A stretch of 35,036 nucleotides of DNA, taken from Candidatus Micrarchaeota archaeon. Its GTDB lineage: Archaea; Micrarchaeota; Micrarchaeia; Micrarchaeales; CABMGC01. Position numbers and translations under genes: made by a program. Numbering within the stretch: the first letter of the stretch is position 1; every line of letters begins with the position of its first letter. Location of the stretch: the NCBI GenBank assembly GCA_964561405.1, contig CAZLPL010000001.1:1-35036 (forward strand), read 5' to 3'. The notes under the pieces are model-generated. The model was not told the origin of the DNA. It saw nothing but the letters and a program-made list of their open reading frames with translations, and did no database searches. Positions 17,294 through 24,688 of this stretch are shown here, one piece after another.

Positions 17294-18679
17294 TCACATT
17301 CGTTCCTTGTACCTAGCATACTTCAGGAGCTCGGCAAGGGATTTGACGGCTGATGCTGGTGAATCGTATACAGGAAGACCAGCACTTTCCATCATTATCC
17401 GGTGCATGCGCGTGTAATCGGCACCTATGCTTAATACAATTAGTGGCTTTCCAAGCCTGTCCTTCATGTTGACCATCTTTGCCGCAACCCTTGAATCTGC
17501 CCCTGGAGTCTGGAATAGTATTATCACAAGGAGCATGTCTACGTTCTCATCATTGCCCACAGCCTCGAGGGCCTTGCCATACCTAACTTCTTCGGCATCT
17601 CCTGCTAGGTCCAGTGGATTACGTATATTGACAAGTGGGGGCATTGATTTCCTAAGATCGCGTTTCACTGAATCAGACAGTTCGGCGAGAGTGAGATCGG
17701 GATTCGAGCCTATTGCATCTGCGCACAGTACACCAGTCCCTCCCCCATTAGTTATTATGGCTACACGGCCTCCACGTGGGTATTTTTCTGAGTCCAGTAT
17801 CTTTGCAAAGTACAGCAGTTCGCTAAGGTCTTCTGCAATAGTGAATCCGAACTGCCTGAATACCGCCTCATGGGCCTCATAGTTTCCGGCTAGGGCTGCT
17901 GTGTGGGAGTGGGCCGCAGACATTCCTGCAGAAGTCCTTCCGGCCTTGAGTACTATTACAGGCTTCTTCTTGGTTATCTTCCTGGCGACTTCTACAAACT
18001 CGTGCCCTCGCTTGATGCCCTCGATGTACATGATTATTACCTTGGTCTCTTCGTCTTCCATTAGATAGTTTAGCAGATCCACCTCATCCACGTGTGCGGC
18101 GTTGCCATAGGATATAAATTTCGAAAGCCCGAAGCCCTCTCCAGAAATCAGATCGAGGACTGTGCTTCCCACAGCACCACTCTGGCATACGAAACTGACA
18201 CCGCCTACCGCAGGTCGGCTAAGCTTGTACGTTGGAAGGAAGAGGGTGTCTATCCTTGACCTCGGATCCATGACACCCAGGCAGTTGGGTCCCAGAGTAG
18301 GCATCCCATATTTTTCAGCTATCTCAACCAGTTTTTCCTGCAGTTCAGTCTCTCCGACTTCGGAGAACCCGCCGCTCACCACTATGGCAGTATTCACATG
18401 GGCCTTTCCACATTCCTCTAGTGCGGCAGGAACGAATTGGGCAGGTATTGATATGACAGCAAGATCTATCTTGTCTTTTATGTCCAGGACGGACTTGAAC
18501 GTCTTCACTCCGAGAATGTCCTCCTCTGATTTCACATTTACCGCATAAAGCCTGCCAGGATATCCGGCATTTATGTAGTTCTGAAGTATAACATGCCCAA
18601 CCTTGTCGGGATCCCTTGATGCGCCTATTATTGCAACGGATTCAGGCTTGAGCATCGCTTTGAGGTTCATTTTTTTCAT
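17294..18679 (-). CDS. acdA: ADP-forming acetyl-CoA synthetase, alpha subunit
   Basis: It has the CoA-binding N-terminus VAIIGASRDPDKVGH, then GPNCLGV, and a phosphohistidine-type block SAAHSHTAALAG. Confidence 0.85.
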   Translation of the reverse strand: MKKMNLKAMLKPESVAIIGASRDPDKVGHVILQNYINAGYPGRLYAVNVKSEEDILGVKTFKSVLDIKDKIDLAVISIPAQFVPAALEECGKAHVNTAIVVSGGFSEVGETELQEKLVEIAEKYGMPTLGPNCLGVMDPRSRIDTLFLPTYKLSRPAVGGVSFVCQSGAVGSTVLDLISGEGFGLSKFISYGNAAHVDEVDLLNYLMEDEETKVIIMYIEGIKRGHEFVEVARKITKKKPVIVLKAGRTSAGMSAAHSHTAALAGNYEAHEAVFRQFGFTIAEDLSELLYFAKILDSEKYPRGGRVAIITNGGGTGVLCADAIGSNPDLTLAELSDSVKRDLRKSMPPLVNIRNPLDLAGDAEEVRYGKALEAVGNDENVDMLLVIILFQTPGADSRVAAKMVNMKDRLGKPLIVLSIGADYTRMHRIMMESAGLPVYDSPASAVKSLAELLKYARYKERM

Positions 18680-18683
18680 TATA

Positions 18684-19298
18684 TCACTTCAATATCCTCA
18701 GGTCTACAGCATCGTAGCTGTCTTCGCGGACCACCACTGGATTTAGGTCGAGCTCTTTTATGAAGTCATTCATCGAGAGCATATCGGACACTTTCATGAG
18801 CAGGTTAACGAGCAGGGCAGAGTTCTTGCCACCGTATGTAACAACGTCCTTTGATTTCAACTGGTTCACCATGTCTAGCGCATCCTGCTTTGTTATTGGG
18901 CAGACCCTCAAGGAGAAATCCTTGAACACTTCTACATATATTCCTCCTAGTCCGAGTAGGATGAGCTTGCCGAATTGAGGATCGGTCCTCCCTCCGACTA
19001 TTATCTCTACTCCGGAAGGTACCATCTTCTGCGCTATTATCTTGTATGGGGAGAGAGCCTTTCCCTTGTGCTCTAGATCGTGGAAGGCGGCACTTATGCC
19101 AGGGCCCTGCAGATTAAGCTTTACAAGGCCCGCCTTGGACTTGTGCAGCGCCTTCTCCGAAATCAGTTTGAGAACGATATTTGAGCCTGAAGCAAATCTT
19201 TCCGCGTATTCAGCAGAAGATACGTACTTGCTGTCCACGGATTTTATGCCGTACTTGTCCAGCAGCTTCTTTGCCTTGAAATATTCATACAGCGTCAT
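18684..19298 (-). CDS. acdB: ADP-forming acetyl-CoA synthetase, beta (ATP-grasp) subunit
   Basis: 204 aa with an ATP-grasp-like layout (VVLKLIS..HKS..G-type block, GVEIIVGGRTDPQFG). It lies 4 nt upstream of acdA. Confidence 0.75.
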   Translation of the reverse strand: MTLYEYFKAKKLLDKYGIKSVDSKYVSSAEYAERFASGSNIVLKLISEKALHKSKAGLVKLNLQGPGISAAFHDLEHKGKALSPYKIIAQKMVPSGVEIIVGGRTDPQFGKLILLGLGGIYVEVFKDFSLRVCPITKQDALDMVNQLKSKDVVTYGGKNSALLVNLLMKVSDMLSMNDFIKELDLNPVVVREDSYDAVDLRILK

Positions 19299-19958
19299 TC
19301 ACACACCCAACTTGGCAACAAAGACAAAGTAGTACAGCACAATTATTATTGCTATTAACACTATAAGCGAAATGTATATGGTGCGCCTTTGGCTGCTCTT
19401 GGCAGGCTGCATCTCCGGTGGCTGGGGCTGGAGTGGTGGCTGTTCTGCAACGGAGGGAGCAGGCTGCTCCTGCTGCGGCTGGGGCTGTGGAGCTGGCTGC
19501 GGCTGCACTTCCTTGGCCTTTAGGAAGCCACTTTCAGTAAGGTGAAGGTCTGATCCTCCGCTCTTCAGGTCGTATATTATTAGGCCCTGCTTGTATAACT
19601 TGTAAAGCCTCAATGCGAGATCCTTGGATCTTATATTTAGCGTGTTCTGGAGCTCTACAGGAAGTCTCTTACCGCCAGACATCTGGAAGAGTATCTCCTG
19701 GTCTAGCTTGTCAAGAGGGTTAGATGATTTGGATTCAGCCTCGCTCAAGAGAGCCTTACCCACGTCTGACACAACTATGGTGTTGGGACCTGGGTAATAG
19801 GAACTGAAGTCTATTAACGATTTCTGCTTGAGAGCTCCTGCGAGGTTTGATGCATCAAAGATGCTTGCATTGATGGCACTTCCGAATTTTTCAAGGGTGG
19901 TGTCTGGAGTTATTCTCAACAGGCAGGCAAGGTCCACAAAATTTATTTCGTCAGCCAT
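19299..19958 (-). CDS. Hypothetical tail-anchored protein: two wH-like repeats, a P/Q-rich linker and a C-terminal TM helix
   Basis: 219 aa. The linker is VQPQPAPQPQPQQEQPAPSVAEQPPLQPQPPEMQP, followed by the hydrophobic IYISLIVLIAIIIVLYYFVFVA at the extreme C-terminus. Its stop abuts the acdB start. Confidence 0.5.
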   Translation of the reverse strand: MADEINFVDLACLLRITPDTTLEKFGSAINASIFDASNLAGALKQKSLIDFSSYYPGPNTIVVSDVGKALLSEAESKSSNPLDKLDQEILFQMSGGKRLPVELQNTLNIRSKDLALRLYKLYKQGLIIYDLKSGGSDLHLTESGFLKAKEVQPQPAPQPQPQQEQPAPSVAEQPPLQPQPPEMQPAKSSQRRTIYISLIVLIAIIIVLYYFVFVAKLGV

Positions 19959-20027
19959 ATTACCAATCTTTATTGCACACCAATAAATAAAAGGTTATTC
20001 GGACTAATCTAAGCATAGAGTGGTTTC

Positions 20028-21278
20028 TTGGAGATACGTTTTCTTGGCGGGGCTGGAGAAGTAGGCAGGTCTGGAATACTGCTCAAGGACTCCAAGACCA
20101 TACTGCTCGATTATGGAATAAAGGTTGACGGGCATACGGAATATCCTGAAAAGGCTGGTAGGGTGGACGCATGCATAGTAAGCCATGCGCATCTTGATCA
20201 TAGCGGCTTCTCGCCATCGCTTTACCATGAGGGTTTCCCCTTCACAGTTGCCACGGAGCCTACCATGAAGCTTGCTGAGCTTCTGATCAAAGATTCCATG
20301 AAGATACACAGGAAGAAGCATGAGCATGAGCACTTCCACAAGGCGCAGCTGCATGCCATGATGAACAGGTATCTGCCACTCCCTTATTCCCAGACCACAG
20401 AATTTGATAGGTATGACATATCATTGCACAATGCAGGCCATATATGCGGAAGCGCAGTAAGCCTCATAGAGAAAAAGGCGAGCGGAAGGAGGCTTGTTTA
20501 CACTGGCGACTTCAAGATGGAACCGCAGCTACTGGAGAAGGGAGCTGAGGTTGTCAAGAGCAACATACTCATACTGGAATCCACCTATGCAAACAAGGAC
20601 CATCCGGACAGGGAGGGGCTCATACAGCGGATGGTGGACGAAATGTGGGAGACAGTGGACAATGGAGGGACAGCGCTGCTGCCTGCGTTCGCTGTAGGAA
20701 GGTCGCAGGAACTTCTAGCCATACTCCAGAGAAGCGGGCTGATAAAGCGTACATTCATAGACGGCATGGCTCGTGCTGCCACAGATATAGTGGCAGGGTA
20801 TCCAGATTATGTGAGCGACAGGAGCCTGTTGGAGAACGCCATAAGGAATTCTGTGTGGGTGGACAGTAGGAGGAAGAAGATGGAGGCAGTAGACGGCGGG
20901 AATGTGATAGTCACTACTTCGGGCATGCTCAATGGCGGACCAGTTCTCGATTACATAACCAGGTTGAACAGGGAGTCTAGGATATTCATTACTGGATTCC
21001 AGGTCGAAGGGACCAATGGAAACAAGATGATACAGGGCAGGCCGATAGACATAGATGGCAGGGACTATAGGGTGAGAACTCCTTTTTCAGTTTATGATCT
21101 CTCGGCCCATGCTGGAAAGAAGGACATCCACGAATACGTGAAGAGGAGCTGTCCTGAAACAGTAGTGTGCGTTCACGGCAGTGAGGAGAACACATCCATA
21201 CTTGCAGAGGATCTTAGGGCTAAGGGATTCGATGCGTACGCACCGCGGGTAGGGGATAGTATTAGCGTGGAATTCTGA
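20028..21278 (+). CDS. Metallo-beta-lactamase / beta-CASP ribonuclease (aCPSF2 / RNase J-like)
   Basis: It has the N-terminal FLGGAGEVGRSG and the MBL motif HAHLDHSG. At about 416 aa with no KH domains, it fits the short archaeal beta-CASP group. The start is TTG. Confidence 0.8.
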   Translation: MEIRFLGGAGEVGRSGILLKDSKTILLDYGIKVDGHTEYPEKAGRVDACIVSHAHLDHSGFSPSLYHEGFPFTVATEPTMKLAELLIKDSMKIHRKKHEHEHFHKAQLHAMMNRYLPLPYSQTTEFDRYDISLHNAGHICGSAVSLIEKKASGRRLVYTGDFKMEPQLLEKGAEVVKSNILILESTYANKDHPDREGLIQRMVDEMWETVDNGGTALLPAFAVGRSQELLAILQRSGLIKRTFIDGMARAATDIVAGYPDYVSDRSLLENAIRNSVWVDSRRKKMEAVDGGNVIVTTSGMLNGGPVLDYITRLNRESRIFITGFQVEGTNGNKMIQGRPIDIDGRDYRVRTPFSVYDLSAHAGKKDIHEYVKRSCPETVVCVHGSEENTSILAEDLRAKGFDAYAPRVGDSISVEF

Positions 21279-21514
21279 ATTGCCTTATAGCACGTAGGCA
21301 TCTTTGCGCCTTTGAAGCAATTTGAAAAAGAATTTGACTGTTAGGGATATCTCCAAAATGCCGCAATATAGGACATGATGCTGATACATGATGAATATAT
21401 TGTACGCAGTAGTTTTGATCATTATACGACAGGCATGCACTATGTTTTAAGTTGCTGACATTCGCAGGGGGCTTTTGCCTGCCATAGCTCATAAATCTAG
21501 AAATAGAAGGAATT

Positions 21515-21531
21515 GCCGCCAATATGGCGGC
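21515..21531. terminator. Perfect 7-bp hairpin GCCGCCA-ATA-TGGCGGC downstream of the SSB gene
   Basis: It lies 13 nt past the SSB stop. On the minus strand it is followed by a T-rich stretch. Assigning it a terminator function is inference only. Confidence 0.3.
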
Positions 21532-21543
21532 TGTTCCAAGAAT

Positions 21544-21885
21544 TTATTCGGACTCTTCGTCAGAATACTCTGGTACCTCTTCGGGTACTTCTCCCTTGCC
21601 TATTACCTCTATCTTGCCGTACTTTCCGGTTGAAAGCTGAGGCGTGCCCCTGAACTCGCTTACATAGCCATTTGTTATCTTTACCTTGTCTCCCTTGTTT
21701 ACAGTCTCTATGTCCTTGCCCCATAGAGATAGCGCTATTGATCCAGTATCATCTTGGAGTGTTACGCTTGCGACGTTGAGCCTCTTGCCATACTTTGTTA
21801 TTACTTCCCTTGGCTCCTGCTTTTCTGTTACTGTAGCCTCTATCTCTACGTTGCTGGCTCCTGCCTTTAATTCATTTATTTTCAT
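21544..21885 (-). CDS. Single OB-fold ssDNA-binding protein with an acidic C-terminal tail
   Basis: 113 aa. Its OB-fold pattern is VEIEATVTEK...VASVTLQDDTGSIALSLWGKD...GDKVKITNGYVSEFRGTPQLS. The tail PEEVPEYSDEESE resembles SSB-type acidic tails. Confidence 0.7.
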   Translation of the reverse strand: MKINELKAGASNVEIEATVTEKQEPREVITKYGKRLNVASVTLQDDTGSIALSLWGKDIETVNKGDKVKITNGYVSEFRGTPQLSTGKYGKIEVIGKGEVPEEVPEYSDEESE

Positions 21886-21976
21886 GCAAATACACCGTAT
21901 TAGTACTTATCAGATAAATGATACAGGTATATTAACCCTTATGTTGAGTTCCAACTTTTATGAGGGAGATTCTGCT

Positions 21977-22300
21977 TTAGTATATTTTTTTGCAATGTTC
22001 GATGAGTGTCCTGATGGTCCCGGAGGTCTTTATCGTGTAAAGACCGATGCGATGCCCGTTGATCTCTTTCACCATTGCAGTTGCGAGCATCAGCCTTCTT
22101 TCAAACCCGCGGTTTACGCGTATTATGAAGGCATATTGATTGTACTGAAATACGGGCTTGGGGCTTGACTCCATCCTGCCTATCTGGCCTAGCTGCAGGT
22201 CTAGCGCTGTGCTGAGGCCTTGAGAAACCGAAGGGTTGCGGATGTCCAAAGGTACGGTGGACTCTACTAGTATGTATCGGTTCTTGTGCTTGGTTATCAT
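21977..22300 (-). CDS. rnp2: RNase P protein component 2 (Pop5)
   Basis: I start it at the internal ATG at 22300 (MITKHKNRYILVE...TIKTSGTIRTL, 107 aa), which forms an ATGA overlap with the rpp30 stop. The track version (to 22426) adds 42 unconserved residues that overlap rpp30. Confidence 0.7.
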   Translation of the reverse strand: MITKHKNRYILVESTVPLDIRNPSVSQGLSTALDLQLGQIGRMESSPKPVFQYNQYAFIIRVNRGFERRLMLATAMVKEINGHRIGLYTIKTSGTIRTLIEHCKKIY

Positions 22301-22800
22301 AATATGTCGCCCCCAAATATGACAAACTTGCTGTTTCCCGTGTCCATCAGCATATGAGACACTTCTGCCATCTGCCCGGTTGAGACAAGGTATTCTGCTC
22401 TCTCGGCAAGGGTCACCAGTACACATCGTGCCCCAAGGCTATGCGCAGACTCCAGTATTTTTCTGAGCCTTGAAAGCTCTGACTGCCTATCCCTTGGATC
22501 CATGTGGAGCATGGCTGAGACTGGTATCAAGATAGGCTTTCGGCTCTCCGCGGCCTTCTCTATGAACTTCTTGTTGAGAACACTGTCTTCGAATATTATG
22601 GCAACAACGCCGGGGTCCTTAAGCGCTCTTGACAAGCTGTTCTGGTCCTTTGAGCGAACAATCATGGGCGCGCCGCTACTTGACGGAGATGCACTTAGGG
22701 CGATGTCCTTGCCTATGGTATATATCCTTGAGTAGCCAAGGCGGGTCTGAAGGCCCTTGTCTACATCAAAAAGCGCGACATCAAAGTGTTCCATTTTCAT
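22297..22800 (-). CDS. rnp3: RNase P protein component 3 (Rpp30), short form
   Basis: 167 aa. The pattern IIFEDSVLNKKFIEKAAESRKPILIPVSAML....R...L..LRKILESAHSLGARCVLVTLAE resembles the Rpp30 TIM-barrel C-terminal half. It is adjacent to pop5. Confidence 0.65.
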   Translation of the reverse strand: MKMEHFDVALFDVDKGLQTRLGYSRIYTIGKDIALSASPSSSGAPMIVRSKDQNSLSRALKDPGVVAIIFEDSVLNKKFIEKAAESRKPILIPVSAMLHMDPRDRQSELSRLRKILESAHSLGARCVLVTLAERAEYLVSTGQMAEVSHMLMDTGNSKFVIFGGDIL

Positions 22801-23777
22801 ATCCTTGATTTTATTTTGGATAAAAGCTCTGACACAGCCTCAGCGGTGTGGCTGGTGTCCGGACCATATGCGCCGGCTGCGCAGGGATGACCGCCACCTC
22901 GGCCTCTGAGCGTGAATGCAGCATCCTTCATCAGGTCACCTAAGTTTATGGATAGTTTGCTGTCCAATCCCGGATACATGCGGGCAGATATAGAGGCCTC
23001 GCCGTTGCTTATGGACCAAAATACAGCGATATCGGCCCCGATGGACAGTGCCTTTTCAGCTAGGTCGTTAGGATGTCCCGAAGTCATACCGTGTATGATC
23101 ACATATTCGGACTGTAACTCCACAATTGATGCAAAAAGGTCGGAGATGTGGGACTTCCTGGCGTCATACGTATCGCGGCGGTATATGTCATGCAGAATGC
23201 CACCATAGTCTAATCCGGTCTTTGAAAGAAGCGCGGATATCTGACCGAAAGTAACTTGGCCGGCATTCTTTAGCTCGGCAGAATCCGCTATTATACCGTA
23301 AAGCAGAAGCCGCATGGCACGTTCAGGTATGGAGAACCCCAGCCTGTCCAATACTGCATATACTATGCTTGCGGCAGAATTGAACGACTGGTCGTTGAAT
23401 ACCATAGCCCTTTCCGGTAGGCCGTCACAGGGAACGTGGTGGTCTATGAACAGAAGTTCTGCAGTAGAGTCCTTAATCTGCTGGCTTATAGAACCCATCG
23501 AGCCTAGGCCATTGGTATCTACCACTATCACAGCCTCCGCTCCGCTTATGGAGCGGTTATCCCAGAGATCATAGCCCTGGCCTTTGAGTACGCGTGCCGC
23601 GCTCCCCGATATGAAGTCGGGGACTGCAATCTTTGCACCAGCAATATATTCCGATAAGGCAGCAGCACTGGACACACTGTCCAGGTCGCCTACTGCATGG
23701 AAAGTTATCGCCACCTTCCTGGACCTATATGATTCTGTAATATCGCAGAGCTTTTCGAATGTTATTTTTATGCTCAC
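22797..23777 (-). CDS. DHH/DHHA1 phosphoesterase (NrnA/RecJ-like)
   Basis: The motifs occur in order: HAVGDLDSVSS, VVDTN, FIDHH, GIIADS and the DHHA1 GGGHPCAAGA. It has a GTG start overlapping the pfdB stop (GTGA), and its stop overlaps the rpp30 start (ATGA). Confidence 0.85.
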   Translation of the reverse strand: MSIKITFEKLCDITESYRSRKVAITFHAVGDLDSVSSAAALSEYIAGAKIAVPDFISGSAARVLKGQGYDLWDNRSISGAEAVIVVDTNGLGSMGSISQQIKDSTAELLFIDHHVPCDGLPERAMVFNDQSFNSAASIVYAVLDRLGFSIPERAMRLLLYGIIADSAELKNAGQVTFGQISALLSKTGLDYGGILHDIYRRDTYDARKSHISDLFASIVELQSEYVIIHGMTSGHPNDLAEKALSIGADIAVFWSISNGEASISARMYPGLDSKLSINLGDLMKDAAFTLRGRGGGHPCAAGAYGPDTSHTAEAVSELLSKIKSRI

Positions 23778-24133
23778 TGAGCTCCCTGGCCAGCGCGGTA
23801 TATCTGCGTTATCTTCTCGTTGAGCTGCTTTTCCTGCGCCTTGAGATCGTTGAACTGCTTGGTCATGGACTGTATCCTTGTCTCGGAAAGTTCAGTCCTG
23901 TCTTTTATGTCCACCTGGGCCTTGTCCTTCGTGGTCTCAACTATGACTCCGCCGACGCTTATGTACACTTTGCCAGTTGCATTTGATACCTCTTCATTGG
24001 CACGCTCCAACTCCACCTTCTGGTTCCTTAGCTGGTCCAGTTGTATGGCGTACATCCTAAGCTGTTCCTGCACCATCTGGTAGTCTTTGAGCATCTTCTC
24101 TATCTCCTGTTCATTAGGTTGTGGCTGTGGCAT
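23774..24133 (-). CDS. pfdB: Prefoldin beta subunit
   Basis: 119 aa with a coiled-coil, beta-hairpin (KVYISVGGVIVETTKD), coiled-coil layout typical of prefoldin beta. Confidence 0.85.
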   Translation of the reverse strand: MPQPQPNEQEIEKMLKDYQMVQEQLRMYAIQLDQLRNQKVELERANEEVSNATGKVYISVGGVIVETTKDKAQVDIKDRTELSETRIQSMTKQFNDLKAQEKQLNEKITQIYRAGQGAQ

Positions 24134-24208
24134 ATAATCACTTATATAAATTAGTGGCTGAATATACTATAATAGGTCATATATATTTATTATTATGACT
24201 ATACTTCT

Positions 24209-24688
24209 GTGGTCATTTTGGAGCTTAACGAGGCGTCGCTTATAGAGAATGAGGTAACAATAAGAAACCTCAGGCTGCCGAATGAAGTGCTCGAGACCAG
24301 GAGAGCCGCAATAAGGTGGCTGGCACTGTCCCTGGGCATAATAAATCCGGGAGAGTCAAGATTAAGCTCCTTGGCAGTTCTTGATGCGCTGGTAAATTTT
24401 CAGTTCATAAAGAAGGTGGATCCGACAGTGAGGGACTTGTCAGAGTACATAAACGCAAACTGGGAGAGCATAAACGAGAAGACGCTGAGATACCATCTCC
24501 TAAGGATGAAGAGGATGGGATACGTAGACAATTCCGGTGGGAAATTTTATTTCAGGCCTCCTGCGACAGGGGACAGGTATGACCCTGCCAACTGGGTCTC
24601 AAGGATGTTCGAGTCCAACTATGGCGAGATAGCCAGCAAGGTGGGCGACGTGATAAAAGAGGTAAGGAACAGGTCAATAGGTGTTTGA
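24209..24688 (+). CDS. Hypothetical winged-helix protein
   Basis: 159 aa with a GTG start. The segment NEKTLRYHLLRMKRMGYVDNSGGKFYF looks like a recognition helix plus wing. Its stop TGA directly abuts the next ATG. Confidence 0.5.
   Translation: MVILELNEASLIENEVTIRNLRLPNEVLETRRAAIRWLALSLGIINPGESRLSSLAVLDALVNFQFIKKVDPTVRDLSEYINANWESINEKTLRYHLLRMKRMGYVDNSGGKFYFRPPATGDRYDPANWVSRMFESNYGEIASKVGDVIKEVRNRSIGV

Noticed and set aside
19398-19508. Repetitive GGCTG/CAGCC-rich DNA that resembles a tandem repeat
   Set aside because: It is the coding sequence of the P/Q-rich linker of the 219-aa protein. This is low-complexity coding DNA, not a repeat array or a CRISPR.
21388-21437. C/D-box sRNA-like arrangement (ATGATGA, 12 nt, CAGT, 5 nt, TGATCA, 12 nt, CATG)
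   Set aside because: The spacing fits, but both D-type boxes (expected CTGA) and the C' box are degenerate. I cannot call a C/D sRNA without a covariance-model score or a predicted target.
21262-21522. 86-aa minus-strand ORF in the beta-CASP/SSB spacer
   Set aside because: Its TTG start is buried in the 7-bp hairpin, it overlaps the beta-CASP 3' end, and its composition looks non-coding. I treat the region as non-coding (see the finding on 21279-21543).
22301-22426. 42-codon N-terminal extension of the Pop5 ORF as listed in the track
   Set aside because: The extension overlaps rpp30 out of frame and is Cys/Arg/Gly-rich with no Pop5 similarity. The internal ATG at 22300 gives the canonical KxxRYILVE start and an ATGA overlap.
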